Positions 31,551 to 47,949 of a stretch of DNA of 64,000 nucleotides are shown piece after piece; within the stretch, counting starts at the first letter, position 1; every line of letters starts with the position of its first letter. The notes under the pieces were generated by a model. That model saw only the letters and a program-made list of their open reading frames with translations. It had not been told where the DNA came from and did not search any database. Made by a program: the position numbers and the translations under genes. Source of the stretch: the human T2T-CHM13v2.0 reference genome, Homo sapiens; the NCBI RefSeq assembly GCF_009914755.1, contig NC_060946.1; one strand, 5' to 3'.

Positions 31551-32929
31551 TCATGGAACAATGAGTTTTGTCTTTTCTGAAACTTAGTAACCACTTGGTC
31601 TATCAACAACTATTTGAGTAGTCCACTGGGCAGGCAATAAAGCAGTGATCAGTAGATTTGGAGATGGATAAAACAGTTGGTTTTCTCTCACTCCCCTCCT
31701 TTAGGGGAGGGAAAGGTATATGATACAGTGATTAAGAGCATTAACTGAGGTGGCGGGCGGTGTTAGAGTGTCTTTTTGAACATGGGTCCAGCTGACTGTT
31801 TCTTTGGGTCTATGACCTCCTGAGCCCAGGTTCCTTATCATCCCATGGGGCAGTAATCACTCTCCTGCCCACCTCACAGGGAGGAAGTGGATGTGACCTG
31901 AATTATGAGTTGTAAAGACCGAACACTGGAAATGATTGCCACTGACGGAGAGAGGGTATAAGAGTGGCCCTTTTGGAGTACAGAGGACACCAGGAGCCTC
32001 AGGCTCATGACTGGCCTCATTTGGTTCTCCTCCCCTCCTTGTGTACCAATCACCCAAGGAAGGTGATTCATTAGACTTCATTAGACATACTTCCCAGTTC
32101 AGCTTCTGTCTTAGCTCAGAGTAAACAAGTGACTCTCTGTTCAGAACCGAATGAATTGCATCTGGTACTTTTAGTCCTTGCGTCTTACAGCAAAGATTAA
32201 ATGGTACTCTGGAGGCTTGGCAAGATGAGACTCACTTCATCAGCAGAGAAGAATGGAGTCACTTGGGAGGGAGCACCCGTTCTGGTATGAAATTTCTCCT
32301 GATCACAAGTGCTTGTGAAAATTAACCTTTTGCATACTCTCATCCTTCTCAAGGAAAGGCTGAATTGCTTCTCAAGTTTTGTCCTGCAGCCTTGGGTGAG
32401 AATTCTGGTTTTGTTGCAAAGCTAGAGCTCAGAAACAAGAAAGTACAAGGCCATTTTTCTTGGAGGAAGAAGGCAGGCAGCTCAGCTTGCATGAGCATCT
32501 GACCCAGCAGCCCATGGCTCCCTTTGTGGGAAGTGTCCCCTTAGCTGTGGAACCCAGGTGGGTAGGTGAACACCTCACCTTATGACTGCCACACCTTATG
32601 ACTGCCCATTAGCTGCTGCGCCTCCTCTCCTCCTTCTCTTTTCTTCTGTCTTTCTGGAGGAATAGTCTAGTTCGGGTTGGAGATGAACCTCTGGCCTGGG
32701 AAGACCTCTTTCAAATAAGATTATGCCCATCTGTGGCTTAAGAAGTTACTCATTCACCAAGGCACATGCTTGTGTCTAGAAGTAATACCATCATGTTACC
32801 ACAGTAATATTAAGTAGAACATACACAAGTGCCATTTTTGTAAATAAAATCAGGAAACTAGCCATTTCATATGGTAATTCCCAGTAACTCTTGAGAATCT
32901 TGAGTTGTGATTTCTGTCATGTAGACAAG

Positions 32930-33333
32930 TATGATGGACCGAATATTCATTTCATTTCTCTACCAAATTCTTGTGTTGAAGCCCTAACTCCCACGGTGGT
33001 GGTATTTGGTGATGGGGTCTATGGGAGGCAGTTAGGGTTAGATGAGGTCAAGAGGGTGGGACCTTCACAGTGGGCTTAGTGCCCTTATAAAAAGGGACAC
33101 CAGGGAGCTTGCTCTCTCTTTCTCCCCTTGTATGCACAAAGAACAGGTCATGTGAGCATGCAGGGAAATGGTGGCCACCACAAGCTAAGAGAAGAGGCCT
33201 CAGAGTGAAACCTGCCTCAGTGGCACCTTGATCTTGGACTTCCCAGCTCCAGAACTGTGAGAAAATAAGTTTCTGTTGTTTAAGCCTCCCAGTCTAGGGT
33301 ACTTTGTTATGATAGCCTGAGCAGACTGAGATA
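32930..33333 (+). mobile_element. MaLR solo LTR (MLT1A/MSTD-like)
   Basis: gttgaagccctaactccc...ttagtgcccttataaaaaggg...ccttgatcttggacttcccagctccagaactgtgagaaaataa. Confidence 0.88.
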
Positions 33334-33554
33334 CTTAGTTCAGATAGAAAGTGAGAAGCTAATTTGAATATGTTCTTTATCTGTTCTTGGCCTGTTTTCT
33401 TTGGTCTGGGCAAGTCATTTTCAAGGTGTTCTGTGAAGTTCATCTTCATCAGAATCACCTGGGAAGCATGTTAAAAAACCAGAGTCTGGGTCCCAACCCC
33501 AGAGATTCTGATGGGAGTTATATGTGTGGCTGGACTGTGCATTTTTCGTTTATG

Positions 33555-33725
33555 TTTTTTTCTTTGAGATAAACTTTACATGGAGTGAAATGTACAAATC
33601 CTAAGTGTACTGTCTCATGGGTTTTTAATAAATGAGTCCCTTTGTGAGACCCAACCCCTGTCAAGATAGAGAACAACATGACCATCAGCCCAGAAAGTTC
33701 CCTGGTGTCCCTTCCCAATCAGTCC
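33555..33725 (-). mobile_element. L1MD/ME 3' end (preceded by a MER5-like piece at about 33415-33540)
   Basis: ttgagataaactttacatggagtgaaatgtacaaatcctaagtgtac...ccagaaagttccctggtgtccctt. Confidence 0.7.
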
Positions 33726-34297
33726 CCACTGGGGATCTTCAGTGGCATCCCAGAGCTGTTTGCTATGGTGGCAGTAGCTGGAGAGCTACTGTTAATTAAT
33801 TTGAGCAACAGTGCGGCTGATAAATTTGATCTAGCAGGGAGGTCTGGGACTGCCATCCTGAACTCAAGGTTCTCAAATCCTGTAGCTCTTGGGTCATATT
33901 GATAGGGGCTATATTTTTAAAAAGGGATAGTTGGGCAGCTGGTTGGAAGGAAATGGCAATGAGTTCATCTTTGGGCCTGTTTACTGCCCCCTTTTGAAAC
34001 TGGGTCGTTTCCAGTTCCGAGTGGGGAGGCTGCATTGTTGTTCTGAGTCTCAGATTGGAGCCCATTACCTGCCAGGCTCCTGCTCATTCTTACTTCCTCT
34101 TGGAGGGATCCCCAGCAATTCCAATTCCACTAGTAGGGTTTCCCAGCCGATCACTCTTCCCTGGCTGTTCTCAGTCATTCTAAGTGTAGAAGCTACATCA
34201 TCCTTGGCTTCTGCCTAGTGGCTCACTTAACCACATCATCTCAATTTATCATGTTGCTGTTTATCTTTTTAACATAAAGTTTTATTATGTGACATAC

Positions 34298-34628
34298 TAT
34301 CTCAGTCTGTTCCTTTTGCTCTAACAAAATACCTGAAACTGGGTGATTCATAAAAGAAATTTATTTCTCACAGTTGAGGAGGCTGGAAAGTCCAAGATCA
34401 AGGTGCCAGCAGATTTGGTTTCTGCTGAAGGCTCACTTTCTCCTTCCAAGATGGCACAAAAGGGTCAACTCTTCTTCAAGACCTTTTATAAGGGCACTAA
34501 TCTGTTCATGAGGGAAGAGCCCACACTGTCTAATCACCTCCCAAGGCCCCCCACCTCTTAATACCATCACCTTGGGGGTTAAGTTCCAAAGTGCATTTTG
34601 GAGGGCCATATACATTCAAACCATAGCA
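34298..34628 (-). mobile_element. MST-family MaLR solo LTR
   Basis: gaggctggaaagtccaagatcaaggtgccagcagattt...acattcaaaccatagca, TSD-like catac/catgc. Confidence 0.88.
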
Positions 34629-35374
34629 CATGCATTATCTCATTTAATCCAGAGCTATTGGTTGACATCCCATCCCATTGGGACAAGAACACACATGTGA
34701 TAGTTGAGCTTAAAGTGTCAAAATATGGACAGTATTCAGAGGAAACAGTGATAGTGAGCTGGAGGGTTCTAGAAAGATCATGTGGAGGCAATGGGGCAAG
34801 AGCTGGACCATGAAGAATGGATGGGGCAGAAGATGGGCAGGCAGGAGAATGGGGGATAAGGACCTCCTAGTGACTTAGGTGAATTTAGTATGACATCTTG
34901 GTTTTATTAAATAAGTAGCATTTGATACTCTTTAGTCTACTTTACCTTTTCCTTCCAACAACTCTGTGAATTAGAAAGGGCAGATGGTTAAATCTATTTA
35001 TTGTTGAGAAATGGAGGTCCAGAGGGGAAAAAAATGCTTTACCCAAGACACACAGTGAAATTAATGGCAGCCTGAGCTTCTCACCGTTGCTATTTGAGTT
35101 TCTCCATGTTACTTGACCACCCACTGGTATCTGACCCCAAAAGACCTTCCTTGCTGACTTCCTGTGGTATTTTATTTTGTTTTGCACAGCATGGTACTGC
35201 TATTAAAAACTAAATCTTTTAAAAACAACATTTCCTCAGTAGCATCAAACATATGTCTTTATCTTCTTGATTCAAGCTGGTCCTGACTTTAAGATATCTT
35301 GAGGAGAATAGGGTAAGAATACATGTGGACTTTCTTCCTTGAGAATATAGGGAAGTATTAGATTTCAGAGTCTG

Positions 35375-35569
35375 AGGTTAACACAGTGGTCACCAGCCTA
35401 ATGTGGCTATTTAAATTTGAGTTAATTAAGTAAAACTTAAAATTCAGTTCTCGGTTTGCATTTACCGCATCCCAACTGCTCAATAGCAACATGTGGCTTG
35501 TAGCTCCTACATTGCTGGTATAGAAACAGAACATCGCCATTATTGCAGAATGTTCTGTTGGACAGCACT
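35375..35569. mobile_element. MER3 (hAT-Charlie)
   Basis: atgtggctatttaaattt...aaaattcagttc...ctcaatagcaacatgtggc...gcagaatgttctgttggacagc. Confidence 0.8.
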
Positions 35570-36819
35570 AGCCTAAAGCTGCTGTCTCAGCTAAGTGACT
35601 TCTCTGTAACCTCTGACTCTCTGTAACTTCTAACTTGTAACTTCTGTGTAACCTTTGACCTTACAAGGTAGGCTTGGAGTGCAGAGGGGTGCAATGAAGT
35701 TGTCTGTGATACTTATGCTTATCTCAGGCCATACTGTAATGTTCTCTGGGTCAGCTCTCCAAAAGGCACAAGCAGTCACTTGTTTTTCACAGAGAGAGAA
35801 CCCCTGATTCTAGCTATTATACTGACTCTCGTAGAGGTGCTACAGGCAGGCCATGATAGGATCTGGAGCCACTGTGTTATCATTTCTTCCATAGTTATAG
35901 ATGGAGTGCTCCATGTGTCATTAGTCATTTACACTGTTGTGTGTGTCAGCCTCAATGTCTACCCATGAGGATACATGCCTGTATTTGGGGAGGTATGCAG
36001 GGGAGGACAGCTGCAGCCCAAAAAGCTCCTATATGAAGGAATGAGCTGCCATACTGATGCCTCCATTCTTAAGAATGTTCTGTGTTGTGGTTGCTGGTCT
36101 CTGGCTGAAATTTGGTACGTACATTCTTTAGTTTGCAAGAATAAAAGGCTCAGTGCAGTGTTATAGGCAGGGGTCTGCTCTTAGTTCAAATGCATTGAAG
36201 GAAGCCGTTTTATGCACAGTGGCTTGTACCCTGAACATCCTTTTGGAAAGACTAAACAAAGAGGGTTATTTTGTGACTTCACCATATACATGGCCTGAAT
36301 GGATGGTAAGACTGTTGAATGGAAGGTTGGGTAGATTAGAGTGTGCTACCAAAGGCAAAAGGGCTCTGGCCAGGGGCCCAATACTACTGTGAACAGGATG
36401 CAAATGATGGTGGTCTCGCAGGAGACACACTAAACGGGGAGTTGGGTGGGACTGGAGCTAACCCCATTTAAGGTCCTCAAGACCATGTAATGAAGCAGGA
36501 AACCCAACACACAGAGTGCATGAAAGCAGGACACAGAGATGAATCCTGAATGGGCAGAGGGCCCCAGAGAGGGAGACAGTGACTTGGGTTCTTTAAGGGC
36601 TCACAGGCTATAGCCACAGGCTACAGATTCACCTCATTGCATCCCCTGCTTCTCTGTAATTGCCCTGGTGAGTTTCCAAATGAAGGGAAAGAGCCAATAG
36701 CCCTTTAGGAAGAGATGCACTAGATGAAAATCACCTGATTAAAATATTGCTGTTAATCGCAGGAGAGGGGGGTAGGGAGGGAAAAAAACCACAGGCTCAA
36801 GCGTTAAAAGCAATAAATT

Positions 36820-37010
36820 ATTTGTTAGGCTTTGCCACCCAGTATGACCTTGGGCAAGTGGCATAAGGGCCCCATTCTCTCTGATCCTGGAGCAGGGGGA
36901 ATGCCTGCCACCTGCCTACCTCTTGGGGGTTTTGGGAGGATTAATGACATAATGTCTGAGCTGTGCTTTGGGCTCCTTGGAGACAGCCACTATGTATCAG
37001 GAATTATTAG
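36820..37010 (+). mobile_element. MIR
   Basis: ggctttgccacccagtatgaccttgggcaagt...gggaggattaatgacataatg. Confidence 0.6.
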
Positions 37011-37719
37011 CACAAGCTAGGACAGTTTCTTGACTATTCTTTACCTCATTAAGCTACCTATGCCTGATTACATCTGCTTATAAAAGTTGCTGCTCAAAGA
37101 AGAGTGGACTGGGAAGGTCATAACCCAGGCTGGATCTGTCCTGGTTGGTTTCATTAAAGCCACTCCCTAAACCCACACTCATCAGCAACAGGGCACCTTG
37201 AAAGCTTAGCACAGTACCCAGCATCTAATGCCAGAGACGGATGGTTAAAAAGAAAAGAAAGAAGAAGATCCTGTGGACTTTTTGCACTTCTGTGTTTTGT
37301 GTTACTACTACCAACCCACCTACATTCTAGTGCACCTAGGGGAGTGACTGCCAGGTTGCCGGGGATGAGGGACAAGCTCCAGGAGTCTTCAGCTACTCAG
37401 TTTTTAGAATGAGTAGCTGTCAGATGGATGGACAGGTTTTTTCAGTGTCAAATTTTGAGGCAACCGACTAAAGAAACCAGGCGGCTCTAAGTTCACATAC
37501 CAAGAAACCTATATTGATTGTGTTTCTAAGTGAGGGCAAGTCCATGTTGTATGAATGTGTATTATGTGTAAAAGACACAAAAAAGTATATTCAGTGTGGG
37601 TCTCTATCCTCAAAGGTCTTCATCCAGTTGGATAAATTTGACATTTATTCCTAGAAAGCTCACCAGCCTTGATATAGACCAGGGGAGAAGTCAGATTAGG
37701 GGATCAAAGCACTTCAGGT

Positions 37720-38293
37720 CAAAGGATTCAGAGGCTGAGCCTGGGCCAGGGGCAGAGGGGTGAGGAGAACAACTCAGCCACAACATCCTCGAGTGTATCC
37801 AGAGGCCATGCAGACAGAGGCTTGAACCACAGTTCACAGGAGGCTTTCAGGTACCTGTGATCCTCCTGGAACAGGAGAGGACAGGAAGATCCTAAGGTAC
37901 ACTTCAAGGCCATCTCCCACCCACCTCCTATCTCTTGGGAGGCTGTCGTGAGACAGTGTCTCATCACCCCCCAGGTTCTGATGAGGATGAACTTCTGTAC
38001 TCCAGCCCCCTCAGAATAGAGCTGCAGAAGGTAAAGCTGCTTAGCTACAGTCTCAAGTGGACTCCTCAGCAACAGGGCATCCCGCAGCTCACGCTGCGGT
38101 CATCTGGCCCCTTCTGTTCCAAGGTCATAATTTTTGGTATGAAGGACAAAGCCGTGGGGAGCTGGCACCTTTGGCTACTCTTTCTTTTGCTGTCTATGTA
38201 AGTAATAAACTGCCTGAATCCAAAAGTGGCTTGTGATACCTTTACCAGCCGAATTAGTAAGGTCTTGGCCTTGCCTTGTCTCGTATGCTTGAA
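37720..38293 (+). mobile_element. Probable ERVL-class solo LTR (subfamily not assigned)
   Basis: LTR-like 3' part ttcttttgctgtctatgtaagtAATAAActgcctgaatcc...cttgaaa. The 5' boundary is uncertain. Confidence 0.55.
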
Positions 38294-38594
38294 AAGAGGG
38301 TGTGCCCAACTCTCACCTCAACTGCGCCAAAGCTTTAGGCCAAAAGGATAGAGCTGGTTCCCAGGGCCTGTCAAAAGAGAAGGGAGCAGGACCGAGGGCA
38401 ACCAGCAAAGCTTTAGACCCATGCAGACCAGTGCCACCTGGCTCAGCCATCCTAGCACAGCTGGAATTCTTTCCATCTTTGTTGCATCAGCCACACACGA
38501 GGACACTAATACTGACATTATAAGGTTGTTGTTAAGATTGGAGATAATGTATGTTATACTTCCATAGCCGTCCCCGACACAACTACTAAAACAG

Positions 38595-38830
38595 AAAATA
38601 ACAGCCACTAACATTTACTATGTGCTTGCCTCGTTCCAGGCACTGTTCTGCTAGTTTTATAGGCTAACTCATCTGACCCTTACAACTACCTTTGAAGTAG
38701 ATATTCTTTTTTTATGTAGATGAGGAAGCCAAGTTCAGAAATTTGCTCAAGGTCACATACAAGTTAGTGGCAGAGCTGGGATTTAAACCCAGGCAGGCTG
38801 TGAGCCTGGGTTCTTAACCACCCTGCCTCA
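38595..38830 (-). mobile_element. MIR (near full length)
   Basis: ctaacatttactatgtgc...agatgaggaagcc...gctcaaggtcacatacaagttagtggcagagctgggatttaaacccaggcag. Confidence 0.9.
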
Positions 38831-39567
38831 GTGGACATCAGCCACGTTCCCACACTTTGCTGCTGAAAAGAAAGTAACATTTTATCCAGTCTAAGTGCTG
38901 AGAACAGTTCTGGTCTCCTATATCTTAGTATCAGGTTGAGCCTGAGTAGAAGGAAACAACAAGACAGAAGGGCTGGCAGGGATCTAGATAGAGAAGACTC
39001 TGAAAGTGATGAGTGATCTGGTTTGCAGGTGGTAGAATATGTACTTGGTTTGTAGTTAAGGAGAAGGACAAACTTCAAAAGCTGTCTCATAAGTCAAAGG
39101 CCCCAATTTAGGAATACGCAAGTGTTGGTAATACATTTAGCCAAATGCTGGACAGAATAAGCTAGATGTGACAGTGGACATGAAAATGCCAAATTCAGAA
39201 TGGTGGTCACATTTTGTAGGAAGAGAGAGAGAAATACTATTTTTCAGGCTAGTATTTGATGTATTGTTACTGTTTTATACCTCAACCCCTTGATTTCTTG
39301 AAACAGTGTAAACTTGGTGACTTTACTGCATAATAAATCCACCCATTGCACCTACATTGCAAGCAAACTCCACCCACTCCATAAATTGGTGATTTTCCCG
39401 CTGCATCTCCTGTCTACTTTCAGATAGTTTTCCTAAAGCCCTGACTGGCAAAAGCCTAATTCCGCCCTCTGCAAAGATCTCAGGTCCTTGTCTAACGAAA
39501 GGGGAAAAACATTAAAAATGAAATGTTTGAAATGCAACAGAGTGAACAGAGTGAAAACTACTGCCTA

Positions 39568-40760
<1,193 letters not shown>

Positions 40761-40947
40761 TATTTAGGATTAAGGCTTTCAGTGAAGTAGAACCGTGGAC
40801 AGAAAAGAAAAGACTACCTTTGAATTGTTACTCCTTCACAGATCATCTGTCTTCTCTGTTAGTTTTGGAAACTTGTTTTATCCTGTATTGGGCTGTTTCA
40901 CTGCGACATACCTAGGGGTGAATTTATGGATTTAATATATCCTGTTG

Positions 40948-41255
40948 AGGCTGGGTGCGATGGCTGATGCTTGTAATCCCAGCACTTTGGGAGGCTGAGG
41001 TGGGTGGATCACTTGAGCCCAGGAGTTCAAGACCAGCCTAGACAACATAGTGAAACCCATCTCTACAAAAAAACAAAAACTAGCCAGGCATAATGACACA
41101 CACCTGTAGTCCCAGCTACTCAGGTGGCTGAGGCAGGAGGATCGCTTGAGCCCAGGGGGGTTGAGGCTACAGTGAGCTGAGGTCGCACCACTACACTCCA
41201 GCCTAGGTGACAGAGTGACACCGTGTCTCAAAAAAAAAAAAAAAAAAGAAAAAAA
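40948..41255 (+). mobile_element. AluJ
   Basis: gcaggaggatcgcttgagcccagg...gaggctacagtgagc. Confidence 0.92.
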
Positions 41256-41718
41256 CACAACTATATATATAGTGGAGCAAAGCCCTCTGTTTTTGATCTG
41301 AAAACTTATGTCTTATTTCACTTCTGGAAAGTTCACAGCCTTCATCTTTCTGAATAGGGTTGGTCTGCCACCACTCCAACACCCTTCCCCTGGATAGCTA
41401 TCAAAGCTGTGTTAGAGGCTTAGGTCTGCCCTCTGTGTCACTAACTACTATTTTTCTTCTTCCTCTACTGCATTCTGGGTGACTTCCTCAGCATGTCTTC
41501 CAGTTCACTAATCCTATCTCCATCTTTGTCCAGTTTGGATTATCATTTAAAATTTAATTTCAATGTCTGTTTTTCATTTCTAGCATATATACATTATTCT
41601 TTTTTAAAAATATCCATGTATTATTTCCTTTCTGCCTGTTGTGTTTTATATTTCCTTATTCTTTCTTATAGCTATAATTCCTTTTTGCATCTCCCATAAT
41701 TCCTAAAACATACATTTA

Positions 41719-42052
<334 letters not shown>

Positions 42053-42779
42053 TTAATCTCAAATAAATTAACCCCCCAGTGTCGATTTTGTTGGCTGTCT
42101 TCTTGAGTTAGTTTTCTTTTGGTATTTTGGAAATTGGGTTTGGAAACTCACGGAGTCAGAGTTCGTTTGGAGGAAATGGTCTTCTCTGTGCCATCCCTCC
42201 CCCAACAGCCTTGTGTTTACTTCTCCAAGGACCTGTAAGCCTATAACAGGTCTCATAGTGACATGTCAGGACCACCAGGACATACAGACACAGATAAACT
42301 TCAGTCTTCATACCTCCATGTGGTCTTGGCCCACATGCAGGCTGTAGATTGTACATGCTTCTTCGTAACATCCTAGGCTTCACTGTGAGCTGTAATTGTC
42401 AGATGTTTTCAGTCTCCTTTCATAGCTGGGGCAGCCTAGCCCAAACTTTGGTTTTAAGTAAGGACAGTGGCTCCCATCCCGCCCCACTTGGGCTACTTTT
42501 AGTTCCCAGTCCACCAGAATAGAGCTCCCAGCACCACCACCTACATTCAGACTCAAAGCACAGCGGGACTGTGGCTTCAGCATTCATCTTTGCTTTATTC
42601 TGTTCTGTTCTTTTTTTCCCCCGTAGATATGTTTATCTTGTTTTTAAGCATAATTTACACCTTTCATTTTCTTTTTGTATTTGATGTTTGGAATGGAGGG
42701 GAGGGAAACTGAATCAAAAATAAACTTATACACTGAGCAGAAGGTGATATGTAAAGGAGGTTAAGGACAGAGTCAAGCC

Positions 42780-43365
42780 TAGTGAGGGTAGATTATTCCA
42801 GGCAGAGGGAACAAGAGCAAGTGCAAAAAACCTATGGTAGGTAGGCCTGGCATGTGGGAGGAACAGCAGGGAGGCCAGTGTGGCTGGAACAGGGTGAACA
42901 AGAAAGAGACTGGCAGAAGAGAGGGGTCAAAGGTCATGGCAGGTCAGACACAGGATTTTCCAGGGCTTCATAAGTCAGCTAGGAAGCCAGTGGTAACTTG
43001 CACAGAGTAGTAACATGGCATGACTTATATTTTAACAGGATTGCTCTGGCTGCTGTATTTGAGAAAAGACTGGGGAAGGGGCAGTGTCAGGGAGTGGAAG
43101 AGTTGAGGGAGAGCAGTTAGGAGCTCTGGCAGTAACCCAGAGGAGAAGTGAAGGGGGCTTGGTACAGGGTGGAAGCAGGGGAGGTGCTGGAAAGTGGTTG
43201 GGTTCTGAATAGGTTTTGTAGGTAAAGTCGGCAGAATTTGCTGAAGGGTTGGATGTGGGTAGGGGAGAAAGGAAGCAAGGATGACTCCAAGGAATGAAAT
43301 GCCATTACTTGAGAAGAGGAACATGACAGAAAAGGTTTGTTTTGGAGGAAGCTCAGTTTTAAACA
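42780..43365 (-). mobile_element. L2a fragment
   Basis: ttccaggcagagggaac...ggaggccagtgtggctgga...ctctggctgctgt...atttgctgaagggttggatgtggg...ggatgactccaagg. Confidence 0.85.
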
Positions 43366-43419
43366 ATGAAATGAAAATTAGCCCTTCTTACCCGACTACA
43401 AAGATATGATAATTACTGT

Positions 43420-44330
43420 AAGATTCAAAAGAAGACTGAAGACTGTTACTCAGAATATAGAAAGAACTCTGAAAATTCAATAAGTACACAACCCAATTAA
43501 AAGCAGGTAAAAGATTTGAATAGAGACTTTACAAAGAAGAGATAGGGATGGCAAATAAACACATGAAAAGTTGCTCAGCAACATCGGGCATCAGTAAATG
43601 CAAAATAAAACCACAATGAGATACTGCTACGTGCCACTAGAATGGCTAAAATTAAAAGGCTGATACTAAAAAGTGTCAGTGAGGAAGTGGAACAATGGGA
43701 ACCCATACATTGCTTTTGGTAATCCAAAATGGCACAGTTCCTTCGGAAAAGTTTGGAGTTTCTTATAAAGCTCAACATACACCTACCATGTGACCCAGGT
43801 ATTCCACCCGTAGGTATTTACACAAGAGAAATAAAAACATTTGTCTACGCAAACCTACTCAAATATCCGTGGCAGCTTTATTTGTAATAGTGAAAAAGTG
43901 GAAACAATCCAATGTCCATCAACAGATGAGTGAATGAAAAGTGGTTCACCCATACAGTGGACCACTACTCTGCAATAAGCAGCAAAACACTGACACATGG
44001 ATGAACCTCAAGAACATAATGCTGAATCAAAGGATCCAGGGTTCTTCCCTTCCCCCCAAAAAAGAGTGCATGATACATCATGTTTCCGTTTATGTGGAAT
44101 TCCAGAAAATATAAACCAACTTATATAGTAACAGAAATCAGATCGGTGATAGTCTGGGTATGGGGTGGAAGAAGAAATGGACTATCAGGGAACAAGAAAC
44201 TTTCTGGGGTGATGAAAATGCTCTGTATCTTGATAGTGGTGGTGGTTTCACAGATGTCTGCACCTGTCAAAACTCACTACACATTGTTATCAGTAAATGA
44301 TTAGTTTATTGTATATAAACACCTCAATTA
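43420..44330 (+). mobile_element. L1ME/MD ORF2-end and 3'UTR
   Basis: aaaagatttgaatagagactttacaaagaaga...atgcaaaataaaaccacaatgagatac...ggggtgatgaaaatgctctgtatcttgatagtggtggtgg. Confidence 0.88.
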
Positions 44331-44561
<231 letters not shown>

Positions 44562-45019
44562 TCAACAAGTCTACCATAGAGCTCTATGACCCAACCAAAA
44601 GTCATAGTAATTCCAGTGCTGACCACTTGATTATCACCAGCAGCCTCAGTTATGGGCTTTTAATTCATAAACAGATGACTTGATGAAGAAAAAAGGGAAC
44701 TTTACTCTTCTGATTCAGGTATGGCTAAGAACCAGGCCATGAAACACCCAAGGACCTAAGACACAATGCCCTTTTAAGACAGCTAGCATGAAAGTGGTTC
44801 TTTTCCATGCCTCGTACGCCCTAATTGTGGTAGAATAAAGACTGACATCCCACAGGATGTAAGACGTGTGTTTATTAAGGACATCGACTTGTGCCATCTC
44901 ACTCAGGTGGGGCTGGCACCATTCTTATTTTACAGATGAGGAAACAACCTTGGGGAAATAAAGTAATTGCCTGGAGTAATGGAGCTCAGCTGCATTCTTT
45001 TTTAAAAATTAAATAAGAA

Positions 45020-45327
<308 letters not shown>

Positions 45328-45399
45328 TGACTCCACTGGTGATAGTCTTGCCTCACTATATTTTTCCTTTTCTCCCCATTTACCATTTATTTGCATAAT

Positions 45400-46690
45400 T
45401 CTTTAATAACAGCTTTATTGAGATATAATTCACATACCATATAATTCACCTATATAAAGTGTATAATTCAGTGGCTTTTAGTATATTCAGAGTTGTACAA
45501 CCATCACCACAATCTATTTTAGAACATTTTAATCACCTCAGAAAGAAACCCTGTACCTTTTAACTCTCACTCCCCTGTCTTCCCATTCTTCTACCTCCCC
45601 AGTGCTAGGCAACCACTGATCGACTGTCTCTGTCCTATTCTGGGCTTTCATGTAATAGACTCATATAAGATGTGGACTTTTGTGACTAGCTTCTTTTACT
45701 CAGCATATTCTCAAGGTTTATTCCTGTTGTAGCATATATCAGTACTCTGTTCAATTTTGTGGCCAAATAATATTCCGTGGTGTGGGTTAACCACACTTGA
45801 TGTTTCCATTCATCGGCTGATGGACATTCACATTGTTTCCACTCTTTGGTTATTAGGAATAGTGCTGCTATGAACGTTCATGTACAAGTTTCTGGGCCAT
45901 GTTTTCTTTTCTCTTGGGTATATACTCAGGAGTGGAATTGCTGGGTGTCATATGGTCACTCTATGTTTAAGCCTTTGAGGAACTGCCAGACTCTTTTCCA
46001 AAGTGGCTGCTCCATTCTGCGTTGCCATCAGCAGTGTTTGAGGGTTCTAATTATTCCACATTCTAGCCAACACTTGGTATGACATGATGTCTCATTATGG
46101 TTTTGATTTGCATTTCCTTGATGGCTAATGATATTGAGCATCTTTTAATGTGCTTGTTGACATTTGCATATCTCTTGGAGAAATATGTATTCAGATCCTA
46201 TGCCCATTTTTAATTGAATAGTTTGTCTTTTTATTGAGTTGTAAAAGTTCACATACATTTTCTTCTGTGGGTTTTATACCTTTAAATTATTCATTTATTT
46301 ATTCTTAGAGACAGGGCCTTGCTGTCTCCAGGCTGGAGCGCAGTGGAGCCATCATGGCTTAATGCAGCCTCAAACTTGTGGGCTCAATCTTCCTGCCTCA
46401 GCCTCCCAAGTAGCCAGGATTACAGGCGTGTACCACCACACCTGGCTAATTTTTTAAACGTTTTGTAGAGACAGAGTTTTGCTATGTTACTTAGGCTGGT
46501 CTCAAACTCCTGAGCTCAAATAATCCTCCTACCTTGGCCTCCCAAAGTGCTGGGATTACAGGTGTGAGCCATGGTGCCTGGCCTTTTTTACACTTTCTTG
46601 ATGGTATCCTTTATAGCACAAAAGTTTTTAATTTTGATGAAGTTCATTTTGTCTATTTTTTCCTTGGTTGCCTATGCTTTTGGTATGATG
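45400..46690 (-). mobile_element. L1MB 3' segment interrupted by an AluJ
   Basis: acagctttattgagatataattcacataccat...aactgccagactcttttccaaagtggctgc...aagtttttaattttgatgaagtt. Confidence 0.9.
46287..46583 (-). mobile_element. AluJ
   Basis: ccatcatggcttaatgcagcctcaaac. Confidence 0.88.
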
Positions 46691-47200
46691 TCTATTGCCC
46701 TACTTTTTGCATGCGAGGTACATGGGCCTCTTTGTATCTGAACATCAGAAATAAAAGCAGGATGGGCAGGATCAGGACTGCCCTTCAGATGAGGTTACAT
46801 GACTCTTCTAAGGTCACACAGAAGAGGCAGTACTGGGATCCACCGTGGGCCAGTGCAACTCGAAGCCCTTATTCATCATAGCACACCACAGCATAGCACA
46901 GCATCATCAGGGAGTGGAGAATGAGAGGTTCTGCCTTAGGCCCTTCACTAAAGTGCTCGCTCTTAACACTGTGTTGAGAATCCCCTTCTCAGAATGGTTA
47001 CTTGGCAAATGTTGAATTATTTCTTTCATTTTTGTTTCTATGTTTTTCCAGTGAAAGAAATTTAAAAAAAAGAAAAAGGAATGAACTTAAAATCTTGACT
47101 GGAGGGTAATGAACCTGCCTCTCAAGGGCCTGCCTTCCTTTGCATTCAGAAAACTACTCAAGGTTACAAAAAACCAATACATCCCACTGGTTCCTTGTAA

Positions 47201-47565
<365 letters not shown>

Positions 47566-47949
47566 GGAATGCATCTCTTTGACAATGCATGTTGCCACTT
47601 AATACTGCCATTTGTTACTTTTAAACCGTGTTATACATAGAGCCAATTCATGGGAAAAAGCCCTGGTTAGCTTCAAATTTTGGTCACCTGTCCTGTCAGC
47701 AGATGCATATACATTTTATAATTGTTTTCAAACTCCCGATTAAACAACATTACAGTAAAGGAGGGCTCAGCTCTTAATCACTGTTCCTTGCCTGGTGTCC
47801 AGCCACAAGGTCATTGCTTAGCAAATGTTGATTTAAATGAGTAGTAGAATCCAAAAAAGAAAAAATCTCCTACTATTCTTACTCTCCAGTCCATTAAGTT
47901 TGTAAATTCTTTGTTTCCTTTTAGTTTTCATCTAGATACAGATGTGATT

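Noticed and set aside
46953-46961. gtgctcgct, matching the U6 snRNA 5' end
   Set aside because: Only 9 nt, with no continuation or TSD.
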